Of a stretch of DNA of 64,000 nt, positions 1-7,682 are shown one piece after another. A program made the position numbers and the translations under genes. The stretch spans positions 1-64,000 of the IMG/VR virus record IMGVR_UViG_3300025141_000020, one strand, 5' to 3'. The first letter of the stretch is position 1. Each line of letters begins with the position of its first letter. The notes under the pieces were generated by a model, which was given only the letters and a program-made list of their open reading frames with translations, was not told the DNA's origin and made no database searches.

Positions 1-674
1 GTACCCTCAATTAATCCTAGTTTATATGCTTGATATCTAGCACTTTTATCATGTTTCATAAAAGCTTTTTGATACCTTGACGATGCTAAGGATGGAAGTT
101 TCGAATAATCGATACTATCCCAATCCTTTGCACACATCTTGGTTTCAACCACATTTGTAAGTTTTACCAATACCTTACGGTAAATTTTAGGTGAGACTTT
201 AAGGTATCTACGTATAATGTTAGCCTTGGCACCTTTTCTAGGCATCCATTTTGCACATAGACCATCTTTGTTCTCCAATGCTGTCTTAATTAAATCTAAA
301 GCAGAGTCCCAACAATTCTGGGTTCCTACTAAAGTTAAGACATCATCCCATCTACCATATTCACTAATTAAGTGAATGTTTTTATGTAAAACTTTTCTGT
401 GGTTGTCACATAACCATAATAGACAATCTCTGAAGATTTGTCTCTCACCAGCTCCACCACGGACATCACGTGCCCAAAAAATAATTCTAATTGTTGTGAG
501 AGGGTCTTCATTAAAAGCTTTAGAAACCTTGGCGAAAAGTTTCTCGTTGCTCGCACCACGCATTGCTCCTATTTGAAAAAATAAGTTGACACAATGTTTA
601 AGTGAGGATGAGTTTGTGGTCATCCCATTCTCAGTAGTTGTGTCTCTTTGTTGTATGGCGTCGATTAAATTCAT
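1..674 (-). CDS. DUF2828 / TROVE(ROT)-like protein, N-terminal part (runs off the window start; missing from the ORF track)
   Basis: Manual translation from ATG at 674: MNLIDAIQQRDTTTENGMTTNSSSLKHCVNLFFQIGAMRG...FWARDVRGGAGERQIFR...ISEYGRWDD...CAKWMPRKG...VVETKMC...IDYSKLPS, open to position 1. TENG, RDxRGGxGER, YGRWDD and AKWxPR are DUF2828 hallmarks. Confidence 0.85.
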   Translation of the reverse strand, partial: MNLIDAIQQRDTTTENGMTTNSSSLKHCVNLFFQIGAMRGASNEKLFAKVSKAFNEDPLTTIRIIFWARDVRGGAGERQIFRDCLLWLCDNHRKVLHKNIHLISEYGRWDDVLTLVGTQNCWDSALDLIKTALENKDGLCAKWMPRKGAKANIIRRYLKVSPKIYRKVLVKLTNVVETKMCAKDWDSIDYSKLPSLASSRYQKAFMKHDKSARYQAYKLGLIEG

Positions 675-720
675 AGTTATATAAGTATATTAGTTTTTGT
701 AAAAATTAAATTAGATAATA

Positions 721-749
721 ATGTTAATAATAAAAATACGTCCTGTCAA
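721..749 (-). promoter_or_regulatory. Class I promoter TTGACA-N17-TAACAT upstream of the DUF2828 gene
   Basis: Read directly on the minus strand; same geometry as the other class I sites. Confidence 0.55.
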
Positions 750-759
750 GCCCCTATGA

Positions 760-1032
760 CTAATTTTTTTGTTTTGATTCCCACCTTTCTCTTCTTGATG
801 GTTTAACGTCTTTCATTTTTTTAGTTTTAGATGGTGTGGCTGCGGTATTAAGTTTTCTACCAAATTTTACTAAATGCTCTAATTTTCTAATTTCTTTTTT
901 AGATTCACCGTTAATTGGCAGTCTATCTAGCTTTTGTTGTGGTGTTAAACTATTATAGTATTCCTGTCTTGACTCAGCAGCTCGTCTTCTCTCGTTTCTA
1001 CTTGTTGGTCCGTTTTTTCTTAATTTTGCCAT
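760..1032 (-). CDS. Small, very basic hypothetical protein (possible nucleic-acid binder)
   Basis: 90 aa, K/R-rich; lies between the tRNA-like gene and the DUF2828 gene. Confidence 0.7.
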   Translation of the reverse strand: MAKLRKNGPTSRNERRRAAESRQEYYNSLTPQQKLDRLPINGESKKEIRKLEHLVKFGRKLNTAATPSKTKKMKDVKPSRRERWESKQKN

Positions 1033-1051
1033 AGTTATTTTTAGTTTTTAG

Positions 1052-1123
1052 AGCGGGTGGGTGGAACGAACCACCATCTACCTACTGGAATGTATGCCGC
1101 TTTTATCTTTAAGCTACACCCGC
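1052..1123 (-). tRNA. Atypical tRNA-Gly(TCC)-like gene
   Basis: Minus strand: GCGGGTG TA GCTT AAAGATAA AAGC G GCATAC ATTCCA GTAGGT AGAT GGTGG TTCGTT CCACC CACCCGC T. Perfect 7-bp acceptor stem with Gly identity (G1-C72, C2-G71, G3-C70, U73), D stem and T stem present; anticodon and T loops only 6 nt; no encoded CCA. Confidence 0.75.
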
Positions 1124-1144
1124 ATGTGTTTTTACTTTAGTATA

Positions 1145-1173
1145 ATTATAAAATAAATTTTGTGTTTAGACAA
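1145..1173 (-). promoter_or_regulatory. Class I promoter TTGTCT-N17-TATAAT in front of the tRNA-like gene
   Basis: Read directly; -10 box lies 21 nt upstream of the tRNA 5' end. Confidence 0.7.
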
Positions 1174-1179
1174 GAAAAG

Positions 1180-1368
1180 TTAGTAATTTTTTTGATGTCT
1201 TCTGAATATCCTTTGTATATCCTCTGTTGTTATCCCTCCTCTATCTAGAGGGGCATCTAACAATACTTTAGATAAGGTTTTGAAAATATCAAATCTATCT
1301 TCTTTTAATGCGTCTTCTAGCATTTTAATTTGCTTTTTTCTATCTAAACTTAATAGAAAGTTTTCCAT
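1180..1368 (-). CDS. Hypothetical protein (62 aa)
   Basis: ORF tiles between neighbours on the coding strand. Confidence 0.6.
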   Translation of the reverse strand: MENFLLSLDRKKQIKMLEDALKEDRFDIFKTLSKVLLDAPLDRGGITTEDIQRIFRRHQKNY

Positions 1369-1400
1369 AGGTAATGGTTTTTAATTAATAATTTTTTGAT

Positions 1401-2894
1401 TTAGTTTTGTAAAGCTTTTTCGGCTTCCGCTGCAGTTGGGTAGTCACCTCTATCGTCTAGGTAACCAACTACAAATCTTTCATCTTTACATCCATTAGTT
1501 GCGTAGGATTTGAACTCACCTCCAACAATGAATGGTTTACCACACCACACATTTTCCATGATTGCCATTGGTATGGTTAGACTTTTATCTCCGGTTACAT
1601 TTAGAGCTGTAATATCTAAAGTGGATATACACTCAGGTATTGTTTTTAAATTAGGATTTTCAGGTATAGATATGAAATCTAAACTTTTACATTGACATAT
1701 CTCTGATGGTAGTTCTTTTAGTATTCCTGAAATATGTAATACCTTAAGTTGTTTAAACCTACCTATAGAAGGTGGTATTTTAAATCCTTTTAGTATATTA
1801 CTATCTGGTTTAACTTTACCGTATCCTGAACCTGTTGATATTGTTATGTCTAGGTGTGCTAAGTTATCGGGTAAGGTGTTAAAGAATTCATCAAACCCAT
1901 ATAAAGCGACAAATTTTCCTAGTGCATCACCTTGTGGGTACTTAAGAGATACATGGTCTGTCATTTTGTCATTCTCTGTCATGAATTTTTCTTTAAAAAA
2001 TTCTTTAAGTTCTTCCATAGGGCCAGATAACATTTCTACTATATCAACACCTCTATCATCTATATCCATAAAATTGCTAGTTTCAAAATGAAACTGATAT
2101 CTATTTTTTGGTAATCCAGTTTGGGTGTGTTTGTCTGCATCACTCCCTCTTGGTTTTGATACTTCGGTGTCCGTTTTATCTAATATAACATATAGTGGAC
2201 CTTTTGGTATGTATGTATTTTCATAATAGGTCAACCCTGGAGCTGAAGTACACCATTGTGTTTCTTTATTTTGACCACCGTAATAACAGGCTGCTTCTTT
2301 ACCTAAAGGATTTTTTTGTTCGATTTTTATAACTTGCCATTTATCACCATCAAAAACTAGTGTTGACCCAGGATGTATCTCCAACTCTTTTCTTTCTGCT
2401 TTAGACATTGTTAATTCATCCTTACTAATATTGTAGTCCTTTACCGCATCAAATAATGCATCCGTACCTTTAATTTTATTTATATCTTTTTCACCCTTAT
2501 ATTTTTTCATTGTTTTAAGGCGGTCTAACATTAATAAATTGTCAGTTACCTTATATAAATCTTCGAAAAATTGGTCTTGTAGTTGTTCTAATTTAACTCC
2601 CCAATCGGGACTACCGTAAGCGTAATGTTTATCAGCCTCTTGTTGTAACCCCATAAATTGTTTAATAATCCATTGGGTGTATTTTCCTACTTTCTTAATG
2701 TCTCCACTGTCAATATCTGCATCTCCTCCCGGCTTAGTTGTGGGGTCTGCTAACATCATGGCTTTTAATTGTTCTACTGACATTAAAGCTTTTTTACCTT
2801 TCTTTTTTGGCTTTGTATATTTTGTCATGAAAATATCATAACGAGAACCTTCAATAATCAGTTCGGATAATACGTCTCTAAAGTTAAATGCCAT
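1401..2894 (-). CDS. Phage protein with a central YG..T.WCT domain and C-terminal leucine-rich repeats
   Basis: LRR-like units IPPSIGRFKQLKVLHIS / LKELPSEICQCKSLDFISI / LKTIPECISTL; central AACYYGG..TQWCTS...GPLYVI...YQFHF motif; TATTTATA motif upstream. Confidence 0.7.
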   Translation of the reverse strand: MAFNFRDVLSELIIEGSRYDIFMTKYTKPKKKGKKALMSVEQLKAMMLADPTTKPGGDADIDSGDIKKVGKYTQWIIKQFMGLQQEADKHYAYGSPDWGVKLEQLQDQFFEDLYKVTDNLLMLDRLKTMKKYKGEKDINKIKGTDALFDAVKDYNISKDELTMSKAERKELEIHPGSTLVFDGDKWQVIKIEQKNPLGKEAACYYGGQNKETQWCTSAPGLTYYENTYIPKGPLYVILDKTDTEVSKPRGSDADKHTQTGLPKNRYQFHFETSNFMDIDDRGVDIVEMLSGPMEELKEFFKEKFMTENDKMTDHVSLKYPQGDALGKFVALYGFDEFFNTLPDNLAHLDITISTGSGYGKVKPDSNILKGFKIPPSIGRFKQLKVLHISGILKELPSEICQCKSLDFISIPENPNLKTIPECISTLDITALNVTGDKSLTIPMAIMENVWCGKPFIVGGEFKSYATNGCKDERFVVGYLDDRGDYPTAAEAEKALQN

Positions 2895-2912
2895 GTTAAA
2901 TTAGTGTTTTTA

Positions 2913-2920
2913 TATAAATA
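2913..2920 (-). promoter_or_regulatory. Class II (putative late) motif TATTTATA
   Basis: The same motif (TATTTAT[A/T/G]) lies on the coding strand upstream of genes at 5509, 7358(+), 11433, 12022, 14303, 15919(+), 17163(+), 17215, 21050, 21918, 26021, 27884, 41865 and 54408. Confidence 0.7.
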
Positions 2921-2938
2921 TGTGTTAAGTATAAAGAA

Positions 2939-3637
2939 TTATAGGGTTTTGATATAGGATATTATATCCATTAGAGCATTAACATCTTTTTCACAATATT
3001 CTTTTATTTCTGAAATGTTATTGTCTTCATAATAGCTTCTATGTATGTTAGTCCCATCTACTTTTCCGTCTTTTGGTGTGTCTAATCCCAACACACTACA
3101 TATTAAATGTAATGCTGATAATCCTTTGTAAGACCCAAAGTTCCATACCTCTTTGGTATCTAGTGCTTTTATTTCCCATGGTTTAGTATCGTGAGAAGGC
3201 ATAATAGGTGAAGGTTTTATCTTATTTACCAACATTCTTTTACCAAGGTAAGGTAAATCAAATGTTTTGATGTTATGTCCACATAATGAAAAATCTAACT
3301 TGTAAACTCTATTTAAAAGTTTAACTGTTTCTTTTAATATCTCTTCTTCACCACCTTTAGTAAATGATTGTATTTTTCTTTCTTTAGCTGTAATGAACCC
3401 TGCACTAACACAAACTATTCTACCAAACTCTGGTAATAGTCCAGCGTATTTCTTAAATAGTTCTCCTTCAGACATTCTTTCATCTTCTGGATAATGTCTT
3501 CTAAAGTAAGACTCACCCATTTTATTCCATAAATTATAAAGAATTGTATTCTTTTCTTCCATTTCTTCTATGGTTGCATAAGACCCACAGGTTTCTATAT
3601 CAAAAAATAGTAATTTATTCTCCTGAATATTTTTCAT
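2939..3637 (-). CDS. DEDDy 3'-5' exonuclease (PolB-exo2-like, stand-alone)
   Basis: Exo I FFDIET, Exo II GHNIKTFD, Exo III YCEKD. Confidence 0.85.
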   Translation of the reverse strand: MKNIQENKLLFFDIETCGSYATIEEMEEKNTILYNLWNKMGESYFRRHYPEDERMSEGELFKKYAGLLPEFGRIVCVSAGFITAKERKIQSFTKGGEEEILKETVKLLNRVYKLDFSLCGHNIKTFDLPYLGKRMLVNKIKPSPIMPSHDTKPWEIKALDTKEVWNFGSYKGLSALHLICSVLGLDTPKDGKVDGTNIHRSYYEDNNISEIKEYCEKDVNALMDIISYIKTL

Positions 3638-3794
3638 CGTTATTTTCGTCTTTTAGTTTTTGGTATGTGTCTGAATCTACACTTACTTGTACTACTCTTT
3701 CGTAAACTCCTGGTTCTCTATTGAAGTATTCTACGGTTTCTCCTTTGTTAAGTGTTTCTACGTCGTCTTCACGTACCCAAATTAGTATTTTCAT
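3615..3794 (-). CDS. Small hypothetical protein (59 aa, not in ORF track)
   Basis: MKILIWVREDDVETLNKGETVEYFNREPG...; fills the gap, with an ATGA overlap to the upstream ORF. Confidence 0.55.
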   Translation of the reverse strand: MKILIWVREDDVETLNKGETVEYFNREPGVYERVVQVSVDSDTYQKLKDENNDEKYSGE

Positions 3795-3907
3795 GTTTTT
3801 GGCTTTTTATTTTTTAAAAAAATATATTCTGTGATGGTCCATCCTATACATACCATAATAATACATACGAATGTTATTCCCAATATTTGTGTTATTGTTT
3901 CAATCAT
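3791..3907 (-). CDS. Small single-pass membrane peptide (38 aa, not in ORF track)
   Basis: MIETITQILGITFVCIIMVCIGWTITEYIFLKNKKPKT; Bacteroidota-type TATCTTTG box at 3912-3919 just upstream. Confidence 0.5.
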   Translation of the reverse strand: MIETITQILGITFVCIIMVCIGWTITEYIFLKNKKPKT

Positions 3908-3949
3908 AGCACAAAGATAATAAAAATTTATTTAATAATAAAATCTAGA

Positions 3950-5491
3950 CTAAGATTTTTCGTTTTTTATTTCTTCTTCTGGAAAAGGTAGTTTTAAGTT
4001 TGTAACCTCATCCATTATACCATCCACTTTAAAGTCCTCTGTTTTTGATATTGTGTCATCACCACTTAGTGTGTGTATAGTAACAGTATTATCTATCTCG
4101 TTAAAGTGACTTAACACCACTTTCCTCATATTTTTCCCTTCTGGTGTATGTATATCTAGTACCCATTGTTTTGGGTATGCTCCCCACATATTGGTATTAT
4201 TTCTAAACTTTAGGTGGTCCATTAGTTTTTTAAATACCTCCCGGTTATTTTTTGAGTCTTCGTAATTTCCTTTGTATTTTTCATCAATCTCATCTAATGT
4301 CCTCATCATAGCATAATTTATATCCTTCAATCCATCCTCGTCTATATCCCATGCATCATACCATGAATCTGACAAATTATACCCAATTTCATTTATGTCC
4401 CATTCCCTTAACTCACTAAAATTGTTTATCCCTCCACTACCTATTAATTGTAGTAACTGAGGATAACTTATCTTGGTGTAAAAGCCGTTGGTGGTAGCTT
4501 CCATTTCATATGTTACTTCCTGTTTAATTTCGTCTGCGACCGCTTCTTGTCTAGCTCTCCATACAGCGCACCCTATAGCCTCTAACACTTCCCACTGACT
4601 ATCGTCCCACTCTGTTCTAAAGTATCCTGTTAGAAAATTATCATATACACCTTCTGAATTAAAGATAGTAGTTTGACTGGTGGGGTTTATACCCTCCTCT
4701 TTCCAGTAATCTGGTTCGTATCTATTAACAATATCTATAAATTTTTCATTGGTTTTAGGTGAGAAGTGGTGGTCTATATATGTTAGTTCGTCATCGCTCA
4801 TCTCCTCACAGTCAGTATATGTTCCCATTGCAGAATCAAATGCCCAATCTTCATCTCCATCAATAACCAAATATGATTCTTTATATAAAGATGTAGGCGT
4901 AAACAACTCAATACCCCAATCTGAAAACTCTATAGTTTCAGTATCTTCCATATTATAAGGTGATATGTGGTCTCCTGCTAAAACTACATCATCACCAAAA
5001 AAATTATCAAGTTTGTCGATATTTCTTTCCAAATTTCTGGAACCACCTTCAATTATATCGTACACCGCTTTAGCAAATTGGTTTTTCTTAGAAAACCCTA
5101 GTAGTTCGTCCTCGGTATAAGGCATATTAAATTTTATTCTTTGTTTTGGGCTGTATCTTAACTTTAGTAGTTTAGAAATTTCTTGTTTGTGTGCAAGTAT
5201 TTTATGGGGTGTTCCGGCATTGTAACTCAATTCACTGAATAGAAGATAATCTCCGCTGTATAGGGTCGGCATTTTGGACCCTGTGTCTACGATAATGTAA
5301 CTTTTATCGTTAATTAATAATATGTAGGGGAATCCAACTGAACCTTTTATACGGTTTTCAGTGTGAGGCTGGACATCTTTTACCCAAGGTACTAATTCTT
5401 TTGTTGCTCCAAAATTAAGTGGTAGTATAAGTTTTCCGTCTTTACCATCGTAGAGTACTCTATGGTTTTTTATTTCTGTAAGATTATTCAT
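3950..5491 (-). CDS. Acidic hypothetical protein (513 aa), probably late
   Basis: Long ORF; TATTTATA motif at 5509-5516; no recognised domain. Confidence 0.75.
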   Translation of the reverse strand: MNNLTEIKNHRVLYDGKDGKLILPLNFGATKELVPWVKDVQPHTENRIKGSVGFPYILLINDKSYIIVDTGSKMPTLYSGDYLLFSELSYNAGTPHKILAHKQEISKLLKLRYSPKQRIKFNMPYTEDELLGFSKKNQFAKAVYDIIEGGSRNLERNIDKLDNFFGDDVVLAGDHISPYNMEDTETIEFSDWGIELFTPTSLYKESYLVIDGDEDWAFDSAMGTYTDCEEMSDDELTYIDHHFSPKTNEKFIDIVNRYEPDYWKEEGINPTSQTTIFNSEGVYDNFLTGYFRTEWDDSQWEVLEAIGCAVWRARQEAVADEIKQEVTYEMEATTNGFYTKISYPQLLQLIGSGGINNFSELREWDINEIGYNLSDSWYDAWDIDEDGLKDINYAMMRTLDEIDEKYKGNYEDSKNNREVFKKLMDHLKFRNNTNMWGAYPKQWVLDIHTPEGKNMRKVVLSHFNEIDNTVTIHTLSGDDTISKTEDFKVDGIMDEVTNLKLPFPEEEIKNEKS

Positions 5492-5523
5492 ATTATATAG
5501 TGTTATACTATAAATATTAGGAA

Positions 5524-5760
5524 TTAAATGTTATACTCGGTATAAGCTGACAATCTATTATGTTTAACTCTCATTAAAGTAGAACATTTTTCATACTCCT
5601 CATTAATTTCAAAATATTTTATTAATTTGTCTATTGTTCTATGAGGTTTTGTGGGATTAAAAAATTCTAAATCCATAATCTCAGTATCATCTTCAACAGA
5701 TGTAATTATAAACTCATAAGCTAATCTGTAAGCGGCATCTTTTTCTGTAAAATTAAACAT
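5524..5760 (-). CDS. Hypothetical protein with a UVR-like EEYEKC motif (start probably 5760 rather than 5820)
   Basis: LIKYFEINEEYEKCSTL; the shorter start removes the overlap with the upstream ORF. Confidence 0.55.
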   Translation of the reverse strand: MFNFTEKDAAYRLAYEFIITSVEDDTEIMDLEFFNPTKPHRTIDKLIKYFEINEEYEKCSTLMRVKHNRLSAYTEYNI

Positions 5761-5764
5761 ATTA

Positions 5765-5956
5765 TTATCTTTTACAGCTTCCTCTGATTTCATATTTGTG
5801 TCCACTATCACTGTTTTCATTTAACATTGTAGCGATTCGTACCGCTTCTTCTTTCTTTGTAATATCCCATATTTGTGATAGTCCGTCCGTTAATAAGACG
5901 TGAGTTTTTTTACCCGTTTTAAGGTCCATCATTACTTTTATTATATTATATGCCAT
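5765..5956 (-). CDS. Hypothetical protein (63 aa)
   Basis: Operon-like tiling. Confidence 0.65.
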   Translation of the reverse strand: MAYNIIKVMMDLKTGKKTHVLLTDGLSQIWDITKKEEAVRIATMLNENSDSGHKYEIRGSCKR

Positions 5957-6131
5957 TTTTATATTTTTTATTTAATAGTTTTACGTAAAAATCTGCCACT
6001 CCTGGACCTAGATTATCTTCCCATTTCTTTTTAAAATTATTAATTAAATTTCTTAATGCAGGTAAATGAATAAATTTATTATTCTTATTATTTAATACTC
6101 TCATTACAAAATCAAAATCTTTTTTAATCAT
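5946..6131 (-). CDS. Hypothetical protein (61 aa)
   Basis: Directly downstream of a class I promoter. Confidence 0.6.
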   Translation of the reverse strand: MIKKDFDFVMRVLNNKNNKFIHLPALRNLINNFKKKWEDNLGPGVADFYVKLLNKKYKNGI

Positions 6132-6135
6132 AATA

Positions 6136-6166
6136 CAAATATAAAAATTATTTTTTACTTATTCAA
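6136..6166 (-). promoter_or_regulatory. Class I promoter TTGAAT-N17-TATATTTG (Bacteroidota -33/-7 type)
   Basis: Exact TAnnTTTG with TTG 20 nt upstream. Confidence 0.7.
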
Positions 6167-7202
6167 CTACCTCTAACTTAACTTTTAAAGTATTTAAAAT
6201 TCTTTTGGTTATCTTATATGGGTCTCCATTACTTGCTGGCCTTCTATCTTCTATATGCCCTTTCCAGTTATTTTGTACCGTGGAAACTGGAATTCTTATA
6301 CTAGCTCCTCTATCGGATACACCATAACTAAACTTTTCAATAGATTGTGTTTCGTGTAATCCAGTAAGTCTTTTTTCATTGTCACTCCCATAGTTGTTAA
6401 TATGTTCTTCATGATAGAAAGAAAAAGTATCACAAATACCTTCTATCATATCTTTTCCACCAAGTTCTCTCATTTTTTTGGTTGAGAAGTTCACATGCAT
6501 TCCTGAACCATTCCAGTCACCGTTTACTGGTTTTGGGTGTAATTCTACTGTAACTCCGTGGCTTTCTGTAATTCTATAAAGTAGGTATCTGCTAACCCAT
6601 AGGTCATCTGAAACTTTTAGTGCTCCTTTACCGAATAGTTGATATTCCCATTGTCCTAACATTACCTCAGCGTTGACACCGGTAATATCTAACCCAATAT
6701 TCATACATGCATCTAAATGTTGTTCTACAATTTCTCTACCAATAACTCTATCTGTCCCAACTCCACAATAGTATTTTCCTTGTGGTTCTGGATATCCTTC
6801 TTTGGGGAATCCTAGGGGTTTACCATCTTTCATTAATACATACTCTTGTTCGAATCCAAACCACCATTCCTCTTGGTGTCTGTGAAAATCGATATCCTCC
6901 AATTCTGCTCTTTCGTTAGTCTTGTGTGAAATACCTTTTTCATTTAATACTTCACATAATGCAAGATAAGACCCAACTCTTTGTGGGTCTGGGTAAACTC
7001 TCACTGGTCTTAGGATACAATCTGAATTATTGCCCACGGCTTGTTGTGTGGAACTACCGTCGAATGACCATTCTGGTAAATCTTCTAGGTTTGGTGTGGT
7101 AATCGTACCATTTAATTCTACAATTTTAGTTTTACTTCTTAAAGTTTGTTCTGGTTTAGTTCCGTCTAACCAGATATATTCAATCTTTGTTTTTATTGTC
7201 AT
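6159..7202 (-). CDS. glnII: Glutamine synthetase type II (auxiliary metabolic gene)
   Basis: EYIWLDG, WSFDGSST, GFEQEY, PQGKYYCGVG, NAEVMLGQWEYQ, WNGSGMH, RLTGLHET, RGASIRIP, EDRRPASNGDPY. Confidence 0.95.
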   Translation of the reverse strand: MTIKTKIEYIWLDGTKPEQTLRSKTKIVELNGTITTPNLEDLPEWSFDGSSTQQAVGNNSDCILRPVRVYPDPQRVGSYLALCEVLNEKGISHKTNERAELEDIDFHRHQEEWWFGFEQEYVLMKDGKPLGFPKEGYPEPQGKYYCGVGTDRVIGREIVEQHLDACMNIGLDITGVNAEVMLGQWEYQLFGKGALKVSDDLWVSRYLLYRITESHGVTVELHPKPVNGDWNGSGMHVNFSTKKMRELGGKDMIEGICDTFSFYHEEHINNYGSDNEKRLTGLHETQSIEKFSYGVSDRGASIRIPVSTVQNNWKGHIEDRRPASNGDPYKITKRILNTLKVKLEVVE

Positions 7203-7353
7203 TTTTATCTATTTTATTTAAAAGTTTATCTAGTTGTTGTTGTAATAGTCGCACCTCATTAGGCTCTACATCATCTTCTAGTTTTAGGGTTAATAGGGTT
7301 TCTTTTAATTCCTCTAATTCTTTTTTAATTTCTGGGTTGGTTTCTGTATTCAT
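7180..7353 (-). CDS. Small coiled-coil hypothetical protein (57 aa, not in ORF track)
   Basis: MNTETNPEIKKELEELKETLLTLKLEDD...; fills the gap upstream of glnII. Confidence 0.45.
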   Translation of the reverse strand: MNTETNPEIKKELEELKETLLTLKLEDDVEPNEVRLLQQQLDKLLNKIDKNDNKNKD

Positions 7354-7370
7354 TTTATATTTATAATCAT

Positions 7371-7682
7371 ATGAATGTTATTTTAAATAATAAAGAAATT
7401 CCGGTAGAAATTATGTCTACCCCTAATAGTATTTCTACTGGCATGATGGGTAGAGACCATTTAGATGGTGGTATGTTGTTTGTTTTTGAGGATGTAGGCG
7501 AACGTTCTTTCTGGATGAAAAATTGTTTGATACCTTTAGATATCATTTTTATGGTTAATGGTGAAGTTAGTGAGGTTTACGAAAATTGTGTTCCTTGTGA
7601 ATCAGAGCCTTGTGAAAGATATTGGGGTTTGGCTGATAAAGTTTTAGAATTAAATGGTGGGGAATATTTAAAATTTATATGA
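7371..7682 (+). CDS. DUF192 family protein
   Basis: GMMGR...GMLFVF...SFWMKNCLIPLDIIF...VLELNGG. Confidence 0.9.
   Translation: MNVILNNKEIPVEIMSTPNSISTGMMGRDHLDGGMLFVFEDVGERSFWMKNCLIPLDIIFMVNGEVSEVYENCVPCESEPCERYWGLADKVLELNGGEYLKFI

Noticed and set aside
368-576. ORF-track calls 368..559(-) and 376..576(+)
   Set aside because: Both overlap the real DUF2828 reading frame (<1..674, minus).
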